DNA of 64,000 bases from assembly GCA_025060195.1 (NCBI GenBank), contig JANXCQ010000017.1, positions 18,479 through 82,478 on the forward strand. Direction: 5' to 3'. Positions 29,794 to 39,832 of the stretch are shown here, in pieces. Every line of letters begins with the position of its first letter. Within the stretch, counting starts at the first letter, position 1. Made by a program: the position numbers and the translations under genes. Below the pieces are notes generated by a model. The model had not been told where the DNA came from. It saw only the letters and a list, made by a program, of their open reading frames with translations, and searched no databases. Origin of the DNA: Gemmatales bacterium. Its GTDB lineage: Bacteria; Planctomycetota; Planctomycetia; Gemmatales; HRBIN36.

Positions 29794-30252
29794 CTATTTG
29801 CTATATTCCTTGAGGTAGCCTTGGAACTGTTGCCGATGGCTTTCCTCTTCTTCCAAGATTTCGACCGCCAGGTTTTCGGTTACGTAGTCATTATGCTGGC
29901 GGGCCAACTCGATAAGTCGTTCATAATGAGCGATGGCTTCCTCCTCGGCGGCGATGACACCTTTGATCACGGCAACGACATCCGTGGGATCGCTAGGCGG
30001 CTGGAGCATCTTCTGCTCGAACTTTAGCGATAGACTGCCGTAGATGGCGCCGCCTAGTTGCTTGATACGGTTGCCTAGTCGCTGGGCGTGTCCCAGTTCC
30101 CCTTGAATGTCATTGAGCAAAGACTGCTTGATATGGTCAGCACGAACGCCTTCCAAGTGCAGGGCGTTCCCCAGGTAATTCACCACGGTCTCGACTTCCA
30201 TGCAATAAGCACGCTGTAAGGCGTCTAAGACCTCTTTACTGGGTTTACTCAT
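29794..30252 (-). CDS. Ferritin-like / bacterioferritin-family protein
   Basis: Diiron ligands ME.E, E..H (ELGH), EEEAI..Y, EE.H. Confidence 0.88.
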   Translation of the reverse strand: MSKPSKEVLDALQRAYCMEVETVVNYLGNALHLEGVRADHIKQSLLNDIQGELGHAQRLGNRIKQLGGAIYGSLSLKFEQKMLQPPSDPTDVVAVIKGVIAAEEEAIAHYERLIELARQHNDYVTENLAVEILEEEESHRQQFQGYLKEYSK

Positions 30253-30288
30253 GCAAGCTCTCCTTCTCCGACTGAGTTAGCATCTATC

Positions 30289-31743
30289 TTAGGAACTCGG
30301 TGGCACCGAAGTAGAGGAAATTGGCTCCGAGGTGTTGGCGACGTGTCGTTTCCAGCGAGCGGCCACTGCGACGAGGAGCAAAATACCCACGCCCAAGCCG
30401 ACGCCGATTAGCAGCAGAATTTCCCGACTCACGTGTCCTGGCCGCTGAACGGTGACCGAAGGGGTTCCCAAAATGCGCCGCGCTTCGATTTGCACGGCAG
30501 CATTCGAGCTATGGCGCAACTGTTCGAGGCGGCCCAGGAGGTCTGCTTGCTCGCGAACGAAGCCAGGGCGTTTGCGTTCGGCATCGTACAGTGTGCGTAA
30601 CGTAGCTAGCTGCACCATAGCCACCGCGGCCACATCGTAGCCCTGGGGCGAATCGTTGCGGTAGCGCTGTGCCAAGGCCGATTCGTCGAGCAATTCTTCG
30701 ATGAGCCGCCACGGCGTCCGCGCACTATGCCGACGGAGCAGGGCCAACGCGGCGTTATATTGAATCTCCTGGATTGCCCGTGCGGCAGTCGCGCTTTCCA
30801 AAAGACGAGGCGGCTCTTGGCGATGCAACAGTTCGACCAGCAATGGCTCCAGCTCCGGCTCGGGCCAATTCGCTAATGCCAGGCAGGCAAACTTTCGACA
30901 CATCTCGTCGTCGGCAGTCGCGGCTAAGGTCAACGCTTCCTGCAGTTGCTCCACTAACCTCGGGGCTTTGGGAACAAATGAGGCCGTACCAGGCCGACGT
31001 GCTTGCCAGTATTCCAGTGCCAATTGTGCCAATTCCCCCTTGCGTCCCTCCTGCGCTGACCATTGCTTCAAATCGCGCAATAAGCGCTCTCGTTCGTCCT
31101 CGGAAATCTGTTCAAGTTCCTCGATCCGTCCGCCCAGATTGGCCAAGGCAACTAAGCTGTTGCGGACGCGTAAACCGGCGACGTTCACTTGCCGACTAGT
31201 GGTGCCCTCGGTCGGTTCTTCGAGGAAGTCAATATGGCGCACATAGTCGCATATCATGCGGCACAATACAGGTGCACCGACGGGTACATGGAAATGTCCC
31301 AAAGCGGCGGGTAAAAACTCGGCCAAGTGTGGGGCTCGCGTCGGATTCGCTGCCGCTGTGGCTGGATTTTCCCGATTCAATTCGTCTTCTAACAACCCCG
31401 CGAGTTCGAGAGCAAAGGCCACGTCCAAACGTAACGCCTGCTTCCGCGGCAGAATTTGGGCCAGGTCCTGGGCTGTGCGCCAGCGTACGGGGTCGTGGTG
31501 AGAGCGAAGCCCTCTAAGAAAGTCGTGCGGTTCGTAACTGCCTGGTGCCAACCAACCGAAGAAGAGCCACACCAAAACGACCAACACCGCGACTACCAGG
31601 CCAGGAATTAGAAATAGCTGGGCAATCAGTCGGGCGCTCGGCGGCTCCACGGGCGGTAAGGACTCCGCCGCCGGTGGGTCTTGGTTGTTTTGATCGGGTT
31701 GACCATCAGGCGCGGGTAAGTGATCTGCGTTCGGTTCAGCCAT
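30289..31743 (-). CDS. Membrane-anchored HEAT-repeat-like protein
   Basis: N-terminal TM (QLFLIPGLVVAVLV), repeated ALA/LG helices (IQYNAALAL), C-terminal TM. Confidence 0.7.
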   Translation of the reverse strand: MAEPNADHLPAPDGQPDQNNQDPPAAESLPPVEPPSARLIAQLFLIPGLVVAVLVVLVWLFFGWLAPGSYEPHDFLRGLRSHHDPVRWRTAQDLAQILPRKQALRLDVAFALELAGLLEDELNRENPATAAANPTRAPHLAEFLPAALGHFHVPVGAPVLCRMICDYVRHIDFLEEPTEGTTSRQVNVAGLRVRNSLVALANLGGRIEELEQISEDERERLLRDLKQWSAQEGRKGELAQLALEYWQARRPGTASFVPKAPRLVEQLQEALTLAATADDEMCRKFACLALANWPEPELEPLLVELLHRQEPPRLLESATAARAIQEIQYNAALALLRRHSARTPWRLIEELLDESALAQRYRNDSPQGYDVAAVAMVQLATLRTLYDAERKRPGFVREQADLLGRLEQLRHSSNAAVQIEARRILGTPSVTVQRPGHVSREILLLIGVGLGVGILLLVAVAARWKRHVANTSEPISSTSVPPSS

Positions 31744-31883
31744 GGATGAGCCCGTGATATCGTAAGACTTTGTCGCGTAAAATGAACGCGGGTAAGACCA
31801 GTGAGATGGGCAGATTCACCCACAATCTAGGCGCATACATACGCATGGCAAGCATTCTTAGGGCATTATAAGCGGGTTCCTGT

Positions 31884-32843
31884 ATGCCGTTGACCTTGGA
31901 AGAATACGCGGAATATTTGGACAAGCGAGCCGACTTAAGTTGGCCGACTCCACCGGCAATCCAACCGCGTAAGGCGAAACCCTTTCTCACGAAGCTACCT
32001 GGGATTCGTGCTGTGCTCTGGGGTTGTTACGGGGTGCTAGTGGCAATTAGTGGCGGCGAATTAATCTGGCTTCCCGAAGATGAGTTCCTAACCGAGTTGG
32101 CTTTTGACAAACTAGTGCGCGAGTTTAAGCTGTGGCAAGCGATGACCAGGAAACCGGGTAATCCTGCCATGCAGTTGTGTGCGATATATCGTCAAGCTCT
32201 CGAAGAGCTCCAGTTCCAAGCGGGAGGCCGAGATCGCTACCCTGAAGTGCGAGCCGACAAGGTCTGGGAAAGCGTCTTCCGCAAGCTCAAGCCGAGCGAA
32301 TTCAGCTTCGATCCGCTCTTTTACGGCGATTTACCGGAGTTTTGCCTCAAGGTGGCCTACTTTTATCAGCGGAGTATTCAAGCGACGCAAGGCATGCCTC
32401 ACGCCTGGTCGGCCATCGAGCAAGTGAGTGAATACGTGGACTTTCAAGGGATCTTGGCCGACGGTCAAGCCTTTAGCTGGCTTCACCTCAAACGGGGGCT
32501 CCAGGAACAAGGCCTGAGTGAACCTTTGGAAGATTTCCTCCCGACCGCGTATCAAGTTTGGTCGTACCAGGTGGGCGCCAGGAAACCTTCGGAACGCCTA
32601 TTTCGGGATATGGCGCAGCGCTTAGAGCATGCTGGGGTAGAACCGCACGAGGTGCTCTACGTCGGCTGTAATGTGGAGGCGGACGTCGCGCCCGCGCGCC
32701 GCCTAGGTTGGCGTACCGCATTGTTTGTGGGCGACAAAGCAGCAGTGCGGGCCAGGAACTCTCAGTTCAACGACCCAAAAAGCCGACCCGACCTGTTATG
32801 TACCGAGCTGACTCAAATTGTCGAATGTCTCGCATCCAGTTAG
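31884..32843 (+). CDS. HAD-superfamily hydrolase-like protein (degenerate motif I)
   Basis: RKPS..LF, VLYVG....DVAPARRLGWRTALF; motif I reads LWGCYG rather than D-x-x-G. Confidence 0.75.
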   Translation: MPLTLEEYAEYLDKRADLSWPTPPAIQPRKAKPFLTKLPGIRAVLWGCYGVLVAISGGELIWLPEDEFLTELAFDKLVREFKLWQAMTRKPGNPAMQLCAIYRQALEELQFQAGGRDRYPEVRADKVWESVFRKLKPSEFSFDPLFYGDLPEFCLKVAYFYQRSIQATQGMPHAWSAIEQVSEYVDFQGILADGQAFSWLHLKRGLQEQGLSEPLEDFLPTAYQVWSYQVGARKPSERLFRDMAQRLEHAGVEPHEVLYVGCNVEADVAPARRLGWRTALFVGDKAAVRARNSQFNDPKSRPDLLCTELTQIVECLASS

Positions 32844-32950
32844 TGCCTCGGCCTTGGCACCATGTCGCACCCTGGCTGACTTTTCCGTGCATTTTCGCTA
32901 GCTTAGCACACTGCTTGCCGACACTCCTTTGGCCTACAAGGTACCTACGC

Positions 32951-33445
32951 ATGCCTCGAGCCGCTCTCTTCGACATTACCCAATTGGACTTCAGCCGTCC
33001 CATCTTCCGCCTTGAAGAAATTCGGCAATATAACCCCCAGCGTTATGAAATGGAGCTGCTCACCGCGGTGGTGTATGCCGACCCCGAAAAGCGCCTGGCC
33101 GTAGGGTATTACGACGTGCCGCAGGAACCGTTCTGGCGTCGCGGTCACATGCCCGGATTTCCCCTGATGCCAGGCGTGCTGCTCTGTGAAGCAGCGGCGC
33201 AGCTGAGCAGTTTCTATGCTCGCTACTTGAATCTGGTCGGGGGCGATTTCCTGGCCTTCGGCGGGCTGGAAAACGTGCGCTTTCGGGCACCAGTGTTTCC
33301 CGGCGACCGTCTGGTGGTTGTCGCCCAGCTGTCGCGGATCCATCGGCTTCAGATTCAATCCCAGACGCAAGAATTCGTCAACGGGAAACTCGTCTTTGAA
33401 GGCACGGTCATCGGTGTGCCGTTCTTTCGGGAGCGCCAGCCATGA
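32951..33445 (+). CDS. fabZ: 3-hydroxyacyl-ACP dehydratase (FabZ/FabA hotdog family)
   Basis: NPQR, GHMPGFPLMPGVLLCEAAAQ, VRFRAPVFPGD. Confidence 0.85.
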   Translation: MPRAALFDITQLDFSRPIFRLEEIRQYNPQRYEMELLTAVVYADPEKRLAVGYYDVPQEPFWRRGHMPGFPLMPGVLLCEAAAQLSSFYARYLNLVGGDFLAFGGLENVRFRAPVFPGDRLVVVAQLSRIHRLQIQSQTQEFVNGKLVFEGTVIGVPFFRERQP

Positions 33446-34107
33446 GCCGGACGCTAATCCCCCGAGATAAGCGCCTACCCCTTGAGCAATTAACCCCTTA
33501 TCTGTTGCCCCTGAGCGATCCTCCGACCGCTTTTGACTTCGCTGCCATCTTCGGCAATACCAATCCCCTCGAGCTCGAAGTAGGCTTCGGCAAGGGCGGC
33601 TTTCTATTGCAATCTGCCCTGAGCTATCCCGAAGTCAATTACCTCGGCATCGAAATTGAAAAGGCTTATGTGTTGTACGCGGCAACACGACTGGCCAAGC
33701 GGAACTTGCGGAACGTGCGTCTGATTCACGGCGATGCCCGACGGGTGATCCCCGCCTACTTCCCGGAAGCATGCCTACGCACTGTGCACGTTTATTTTCC
33801 CGATCCTTGGTGGAAGCGTCGGCACAAAAAACGGCGGCTGTTTCAGGAAGATTTCGTGCGCCAATGTGAGCGTATCCTGCAACCAGGCGGAAAGCTTCTT
33901 ATTGCCAGCGACGTGGAAGAATATTTCGGCGTAATGAACGAGTTGCTTTGCAATCAGACGCATTTACAAGCGACAGACGCACCCCTGCCGCCCAGCGATC
34001 CACGATGGCTTACCAATTTCGAACGCAAAGCGCTCCAGGAAGGTCGGAAGGTGTTTCGTGCCGCCTACGTCAAGCCCCTGGCCCCAACTAACGCCTCAGT
34101 TGCATGA
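33442..34107 (+). CDS. trmB: tRNA (guanine-N7)-methyltransferase
   Basis: LEVGFGKG, LGIE, FPDPWWKRRHKKRRL, SD, TNFERK. Confidence 0.95.
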   Translation: MSRTLIPRDKRLPLEQLTPYLLPLSDPPTAFDFAAIFGNTNPLELEVGFGKGGFLLQSALSYPEVNYLGIEIEKAYVLYAATRLAKRNLRNVRLIHGDARRVIPAYFPEACLRTVHVYFPDPWWKRRHKKRRLFQEDFVRQCERILQPGGKLLIASDVEEYFGVMNELLCNQTHLQATDAPLPPSDPRWLTNFERKALQEGRKVFRAAYVKPLAPTNASVA

Positions 34108-34191
34108 GCTGGCACTACGTCCATACCAAACGCCTGACGCTTGACTGCAAACACCACCACCGCCCCTAAGACACTCCGTGAGGGAATCACC

Positions 34192-35475
34192 GTGTCTGAG
34201 ACCATTCTCATCGTCGAAGACGAGGATTCCGTTCGCCGCACGCTTTATGAGTGGTTGCGCGATGCCCATCTGGGCTGCGAACTCTTGCAGGCCTCCGACG
34301 CTGAGTCGGCCTTACGCATCGCCAACGAACGACCGATTGACCTGGCTCTTCTCGATTGGCATCTCGGCGCAGGTCTCAACGGTCTGCAATTGTTACAGGA
34401 CCTCCAGGTTTTCTCTCCCGACGTGGTTGCCATTCTCATCACAGCTTACGCACAACAAGCCACACCACTGGATGCCTTACGCATGGGCGTGCGGGATTAC
34501 CTCGACAAAGACCGCGACCTGCGTCGCGAAATCTTGGTCGGCACGGTACGTCGCCAATTGGAGCAAATCCGCCCCGCCAAACGGCAACGCGAACACCTTC
34601 AGAGAGTCCAAGCATTCCGCCAAACCATCGAAACTATCTTGCCCATCGTGCAGACTTCCGCTGAGTTGGCTTCGCCCGTTCCCGTCTCCGAAACTCTCCG
34701 GGCCTTGCTGCAGTTGGCCCAGACCATTTTTCACACCCGCCAGGGGGTCCTGATTATTCACTCACCTCATCGTGCTCCAGCTCAGACGGCCACTCAAGGG
34801 ACCTCGGCGCACCTTCCTCATCAGGTTTCCGCAGAATCAATTGAGAGAGAAGTGCACGCGCCATGCACCGTCCTGGATTTGCAAGCCCAGCCCTTGGCAG
34901 GTCCCCAATCCTTTGCCGATACGCTAGCTGCTGCCACTTTAGCTCTGAGAGAAGCTTGCACGATTGCGAATTTAGACGAGGCCGAGCAGCGATTTGGCGT
35001 GCGGCTGGAAGACTACGAGCGAGGCCATAGCAACCTGTTAGCCTTACCGTTAACGCTGGAAAATGACCAAGCCGCGGTGTTGGAGCTGTTCGACACCCCC
35101 TGGGCCGTAAAGCCGCTCGAGGAGCATCAGCGCTCGCTCTTGCGCTACTTTCAACAGCTGGCGAGCGCCGTGTTGACAGAAGTCTTCGCCACCCGGCAAC
35201 TGCATACGGCGCTACTGAGCGCGCTCCAGGCCGCTCTGCAGGCCAGCCACGAAACGCCCGGGCCGGAAATGCTTAACAAGCCGGAATGGAAAATGTTGTT
35301 GACCCAGACCGACCTACTCCCTCGCGAACCTGAAGAAGTATTACAACTGGCGGCACAACTGCATGCCTTGCATCGCAAATACGGACCGGCCGCCCTACGG
35401 TTTTGTCAACGAATACTTGAACAACTGGAACATTTTTTGCGCGAACTTTTGGGACCTGGCACCTCTGCGGTCTAA
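34192..35475 (+). CDS. Response regulator with a C-terminal GAF-like region and helical tail
   Basis: Intact REC (IVEDE, LLDW, ITAY, DYLDK); later LLALPL...AAVLELFD GAF-like strands; GTG start with GAGGGA RBS. Confidence 0.8.
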   Translation: MSETILIVEDEDSVRRTLYEWLRDAHLGCELLQASDAESALRIANERPIDLALLDWHLGAGLNGLQLLQDLQVFSPDVVAILITAYAQQATPLDALRMGVRDYLDKDRDLRREILVGTVRRQLEQIRPAKRQREHLQRVQAFRQTIETILPIVQTSAELASPVPVSETLRALLQLAQTIFHTRQGVLIIHSPHRAPAQTATQGTSAHLPHQVSAESIEREVHAPCTVLDLQAQPLAGPQSFADTLAAATLALREACTIANLDEAEQRFGVRLEDYERGHSNLLALPLTLENDQAAVLELFDTPWAVKPLEEHQRSLLRYFQQLASAVLTEVFATRQLHTALLSALQAALQASHETPGPEMLNKPEWKMLLTQTDLLPREPEEVLQLAAQLHALHRKYGPAALRFCQRILEQLEHFLRELLGPGTSAV

Positions 35476-35504
35476 GGCTCGCTGCCACCGGGTTCGCGAA
35501 CATT

Positions 35505-36302
35505 ATGCCCTCCCTTCCCGATTGGCTACAGGAACTGGCCCGCTTGCTCGACCGGCATCGACTGTTGACTGACCCGCAGGCCGATGGCCAAGGCGTGCGC
35601 GTGTGCGTCGTGGACACCGGGGTCGATTTCGCCCTGTTACAATCGCGCTGCCGAGAACGTGGCCAGGAGCCGCCCATCATCGAGGGCGCGCGGTTCACCG
35701 CCACAGGACAGTTACTGCCCGCCTCCGGCAAACACAGCGCGCCGCACGGCACCACCGTGGCCGACGTCATTCTCCGCTGGGCGCCTCGGGTGCAGCTCTT
35801 TTCGGCCGACGTGTTCGGCCCTGAAGGCCAGTGCACCGTCGAAAAGCTTGTCGCTGCACTGCGTTGGGCCGTCGATATTTGCCAATGTAAACTTATCAAT
35901 TTGTCGCTGGGGATTCCTGAGGAACGCCTCAATCCCCCAGCACGCCGGCAGGCACTCCAGCAAATCATCCAATACTGTTACCATCGCGACGCCGTGCTCG
36001 TAGCCGCAGCCCACAACGATCATCCGTTGGTCTTGAGTTTCCCTGCAATTATAACGCCACCGCTGCTCTCGGTGCGTAAGGCCGAGTTTCCCGACCCATT
36101 ACAGTTCCAATACGCCCCTGACACCTTCACTGAGTTCTTAGCGCATAGCCGCGCCTATCTCGGCCCATTCGCTGCCATCCCCGCCACCAGTTGGGCTGCC
36201 GCTCACCTAACTGCGGTCGCGGCACGCCTACTTTCGCTCAAGCCCGACCTCAAACCGTTCGAAATCAAAACACTCCTGTATTGGCTCAGCCGCTCACTAT
36301 GA
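35505..36302 (+). CDS. S8 (subtilisin-like) serine peptidase, compact, no signal peptide
   Basis: VVDTG (Asp), HGT (His), INLSLG, AAAHN (oxyanion Asn), ATSWAAAH (Ser). Confidence 0.88.
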   Translation: MPSLPDWLQELARLLDRHRLLTDPQADGQGVRVCVVDTGVDFALLQSRCRERGQEPPIIEGARFTATGQLLPASGKHSAPHGTTVADVILRWAPRVQLFSADVFGPEGQCTVEKLVAALRWAVDICQCKLINLSLGIPEERLNPPARRQALQQIIQYCYHRDAVLVAAAHNDHPLVLSFPAIITPPLLSVRKAEFPDPLQFQYAPDTFTEFLAHSRAYLGPFAAIPATSWAAAHLTAVAARLLSLKPDLKPFEIKTLLYWLSRSL

Positions 36303-36332
36303 ATAGTCGATCGCTCCAGTTTTGCTGAGTTG

Positions 36333-36360
36333 GAAAACCGACACCTTGGTCGGCTTTTCT
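36333..36360 (+). terminator. Probable intrinsic terminator after the S8 peptidase
   Basis: GAAAA-CCGAC-loop-GTCGG-CTTTTCT hairpin between convergent genes. Confidence 0.5.
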
Positions 36361-36500
36361 AGTATGTTAATCTGGTAGTAAGATAAGTCTCATGTCGATA
36401 AGATTAGACCCATTAGCGGCCAATTGTGCTTATTAAGATTCCGCGGGATTGTACACCTAACCCGACGAAGTAGCCCGAACTTAACTTAGATGAGTATCAG

Positions 36501-37919
36501 TCAGCGACGGTAAGTGACATGCCCTTCCTTAACAGCCTTACTAATTTTATTATGAACATAGAGACCCTCTAATAACCATTCCACTATGCTGGCGGCTAGC
36601 GCGTCCCGATATTGGCTTGATACTTTATCAGCATAGGTGCTTAGCTGATGCACCACTTCCTTTCTCAGTACCGGGATTCGCTCTAATTGTTCCCAGTAAT
36701 TTCGACTAGGCAACATGTCGCCAATAAGAAACGTGTGCCCCGACTCAAACCATTCGACGACCGCTCGAAGGGATTTCAGGTCGAAGTGCTCAGCAAAAAC
36801 GTTCTTGACCGCCTCGCCTATCAGCTTTTGTAGCACTCTATCTTCGTGGGTTTCATCCTCACTGAGAACTAATTCGATCTTTCCCCGTCCACTAGCGAGC
36901 ATATAGGTCAAGTCACTTACGCGAGGCACTGCCACTGGTTCCGATAATAACAATGCCCGCCGCTCCGCATTGCTGACTACGTTTTCCAACCCTGCAATCG
37001 AAAAACGCACACTCACGCCTGAGAGTTGATTAATCGCGGGCGATTGCCGAGCTAATCGCGCTGTTTCTTCCACTACCGCCTTGATATAGTCCGGTATATA
37101 GACCGGCACGTCCCCCCGCGATGTCGAAGCCTCACTTTCGATGATCGCCATACCTGTCTGGCGGTCGCGGGGATAATGCGTCCGGATCACTGAGCCGATA
37201 CGATCCTTCAGCGGTGTCACGATACGTCCGCGGTTCGTATAGTCCTCTGGGTTTGCCGTGAATACTAAGCAGATATCTAGCGGTAAGCGAACTGGAAAAC
37301 CCCGGATCTGTACGTCGCGTTCCTCCAGCACGTTAAATAACGCAACCTGGATTTTCGGACTTAGATCAGGCAACTCATTAATCGCGAAGATACCGCGATG
37401 ACTGCGGGGAATCAGACCGTAATGAATAATGCGTTCATCGGACAGATACTTGCCCTCAGCGTGCTTAATAAGGTCAATCTCCCCAATGAGATCGGCCACG
37501 GTGACATCAGGCGTAGCCAGTTTTTCCTGATAGCGCTCTTCACGGCTGAGCCAAGCAATAGGTGCCTCATCCCCATATTGTTCGATAAGATCCTTTCCCT
37601 CCCGACTAATAGGAGCAAAGGGATTATCATTAGTAGGCGTGCCTGCTAACACTGGAATATAGTCATCTAGGAACCGGGTCAGCATGCGAATGATACGAGT
37701 CTTCGCCTGGCCCCGCAGACCTAATAACAACATGTCGTGTTTAGATAAAATCGCGTTGCAAATCTCCGGGATAACCGTTTCCTCATAACCATAAATACCC
37801 GGAAATAATGTCTCCCGCTCACGAAGCATACGTATGAGGTTGCGTCGCATTTCCTCCTTGACGCTCACGGGCTGATAGCCCGACGCCTTCAATTCACCCA
37901 AGGTGCGGGGCCGATGCAT
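36501..37919 (-). CDS. Magnesium-chelatase/MoxR-like AAA+ ATPase
   Basis: LGLRGQAKTR Walker A, FAINELPDL, NVLEERDVQIRG, TANPEDYTNRGRIVTPLKDR. Confidence 0.9.
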   Translation of the reverse strand: MHRPRTLGELKASGYQPVSVKEEMRRNLIRMLRERETLFPGIYGYEETVIPEICNAILSKHDMLLLGLRGQAKTRIIRMLTRFLDDYIPVLAGTPTNDNPFAPISREGKDLIEQYGDEAPIAWLSREERYQEKLATPDVTVADLIGEIDLIKHAEGKYLSDERIIHYGLIPRSHRGIFAINELPDLSPKIQVALFNVLEERDVQIRGFPVRLPLDICLVFTANPEDYTNRGRIVTPLKDRIGSVIRTHYPRDRQTGMAIIESEASTSRGDVPVYIPDYIKAVVEETARLARQSPAINQLSGVSVRFSIAGLENVVSNAERRALLLSEPVAVPRVSDLTYMLASGRGKIELVLSEDETHEDRVLQKLIGEAVKNVFAEHFDLKSLRAVVEWFESGHTFLIGDMLPSRNYWEQLERIPVLRKEVVHQLSTYADKVSSQYRDALAASIVEWLLEGLYVHNKISKAVKEGHVTYRR

Positions 37920-38068
37920 GGATAACCTCCCTCTCAGCCTGTCGATGTTGAGACTTAGATCAACCAGTGGTAAGTGCGTTTATATTAGGCCTAAGTGTTT
38001 ATAGCCGGGTATGAATTTTGAGGGTCTCGTATAAAAGCACTTATCTTCTAAGTTGAGAAGCACCTAGC

Positions 38069-39253
38069 TCAGGACGAAGGCGGCGAGGGCGAGCAATAGC
38101 AGGCGGCCACGGTCTGGAGGATCTCAACTAGGGGTCGGCCAGTCTGACGCGCCAAGCGTGCGCAGTCCTCATACTCGGGGCTAAAACGAGGCGGACCCTG
38201 AGGGACGTGAACCAGTTTTCCGCGTACAGGCCCCCAAGGCGTGGACACTTCGATATTATCTCGCGGATATTTGTGGCGCTGGCAACTGTAGTGGCGGACA
38301 CCTAATGTTCGGGTTTCGCGGAATAAGATGTTTTCCAGTTTGCCGACGTTCGTGGGTTCAGCCAGAACGGTGATCAACACGCCGGGACGATTTTTCTTCA
38401 TATAAACTGGTTGCAACAGCACGTCCAATGCCCCGGCGGCGAATAATTGTTCCTGACAGTAAGCCAGTGCCTGCGGAGTCACGTCATCTACTTGCGTTTC
38501 TAAAACAGTGATGGTTTCCTCAAGCACACCTGCCGGGGCTTGGGTAGTTCCAAGTATCAGGCGCAGCACGTTAGGTCGGTCTGGGAAATCCCGGCTGCCT
38601 GCACCGTAGCCGACATTTTGTACCGTAAACGCGGGCAGAGCTGTCCACTCTTGAACCAAGGTGGTGAGAATGGCGGCGCCCGTGGGAGTGGTAAGTTCGG
38701 CTTCAACGCTCGACGGAGCCAGCGGCACGCCTTTGAGCAGTTCCAAAGTTCCTGGCGCTGGGATCGGCATCCAACCGTGGGCGCCGCGCACCTGACCTGT
38801 ACCGGTAGGCACGGGCCGGCTGGTATAGCGTTCCGGACGCAGCCAACATAGGCCGACGGCCACTCCGACAATATCCGCGATGCTGTCCAAGGCACCGACT
38901 TCGTGGAAGTGCACTTGGTCCACGGCTTGCCCGTGGACGGCAGCCTCGGCCTCGGCCAGTCGGCGGAAGATCCGTAAGGCCAAATCTCGCGCCTCAGCGG
39001 GCAGATCGCTTCGGAGCAAAATCTGCTCAATGTCGCGTAAATGGCGATGGTGATGCTCGTCCTCGGCCTGCACACGCGCTTGCACGGCGGCGAAGCCGCA
39101 GCGCTTCACCGGCTCAAATTCCACGCGCATGGGCAGATGTAAGCTGGCCAGCCCCGCTTGGATCACCTCCGCAGGCACGCCTAAGCTGACCAGCGCTCCT
39201 AGGGTCATGTCGCCACTGATACCGCTGAAGCAGTCAAAATGCAGCACCCGCAT
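38069..39253 (-). CDS. larC: Nickel pincer cofactor biosynthesis protein LarC
   Basis: FDCFSGISGDMTLGAL, HHHRH, VHFHEVGALDSIADI, ELTTPTGAA, MKKNRPG, PEYED; ATG at 39253. Confidence 0.93.
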   Translation of the reverse strand: MRVLHFDCFSGISGDMTLGALVSLGVPAEVIQAGLASLHLPMRVEFEPVKRCGFAAVQARVQAEDEHHHRHLRDIEQILLRSDLPAEARDLALRIFRRLAEAEAAVHGQAVDQVHFHEVGALDSIADIVGVAVGLCWLRPERYTSRPVPTGTGQVRGAHGWMPIPAPGTLELLKGVPLAPSSVEAELTTPTGAAILTTLVQEWTALPAFTVQNVGYGAGSRDFPDRPNVLRLILGTTQAPAGVLEETITVLETQVDDVTPQALAYCQEQLFAAGALDVLLQPVYMKKNRPGVLITVLAEPTNVGKLENILFRETRTLGVRHYSCQRHKYPRDNIEVSTPWGPVRGKLVHVPQGPPRFSPEYEDCARLARQTGRPLVEILQTVAACYCSPSPPSS

Positions 39254-39375
39254 GCACGCTATTGTATGGCCGGCGGAGTGACCAGCACGGCTTTGTGAGC
39301 TATGCTTTGCAAGAGCGGGCTGAGATGTATTACTGACGATGAAGCATCCACTTTGGCTCGGCACGGGGGATAAAT

Positions 39376-39762
39376 ATGCGGAAAGGGGTGTGGCTGAGAC
39401 CGACGGCTTTGGTGTGCATCCTTGTGGCAAGCGAGGCTGGTGCGCAGGAGATCCTGAGTCCGAGCGGCAGGTACTTCGTCCGCATCAGCACGGTGCCCTC
39501 GATTAGCCATTACTATCCCGCTGGGGCGGTATTTTTACCTTACGTGCCGCCTGTGCAGCCGAATTTTTCGCAAGTGGAACTGTACTACCCATCCGCGTGG
39601 CGTTATTATCCCAACATCCGATTTGCCACGGATTATTACTGGTATCCGTACCCTTATTACAACTACTATGTGCATATGCCGGGCTACTGGTTCGGCCCTG
39701 GAGGATTACCGCCTGAAGGGGAAGCGCCGTTGCCGGCACCTCGACCGCAGCCGCGACAATAG
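39376..39762 (+). CDS. Small secreted Tyr/Pro-rich protein
   Basis: Signal peptide (AGA|Q), YYWYPYPYYNYY tract, Pro-rich tail. Confidence 0.65.
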   Translation: MRKGVWLRPTALVCILVASEAGAQEILSPSGRYFVRISTVPSISHYYPAGAVFLPYVPPVQPNFSQVELYYPSAWRYYPNIRFATDYYWYPYPYYNYYVHMPGYWFGPGGLPPEGEAPLPAPRPQPRQ

Positions 39763-39832
39763 CCGCCGGCCGGTTCGGTAAAATACGTTGATTGAGCTAC
39801 TCACGAGAAACTAATCGACACGGGCTCCGCTC

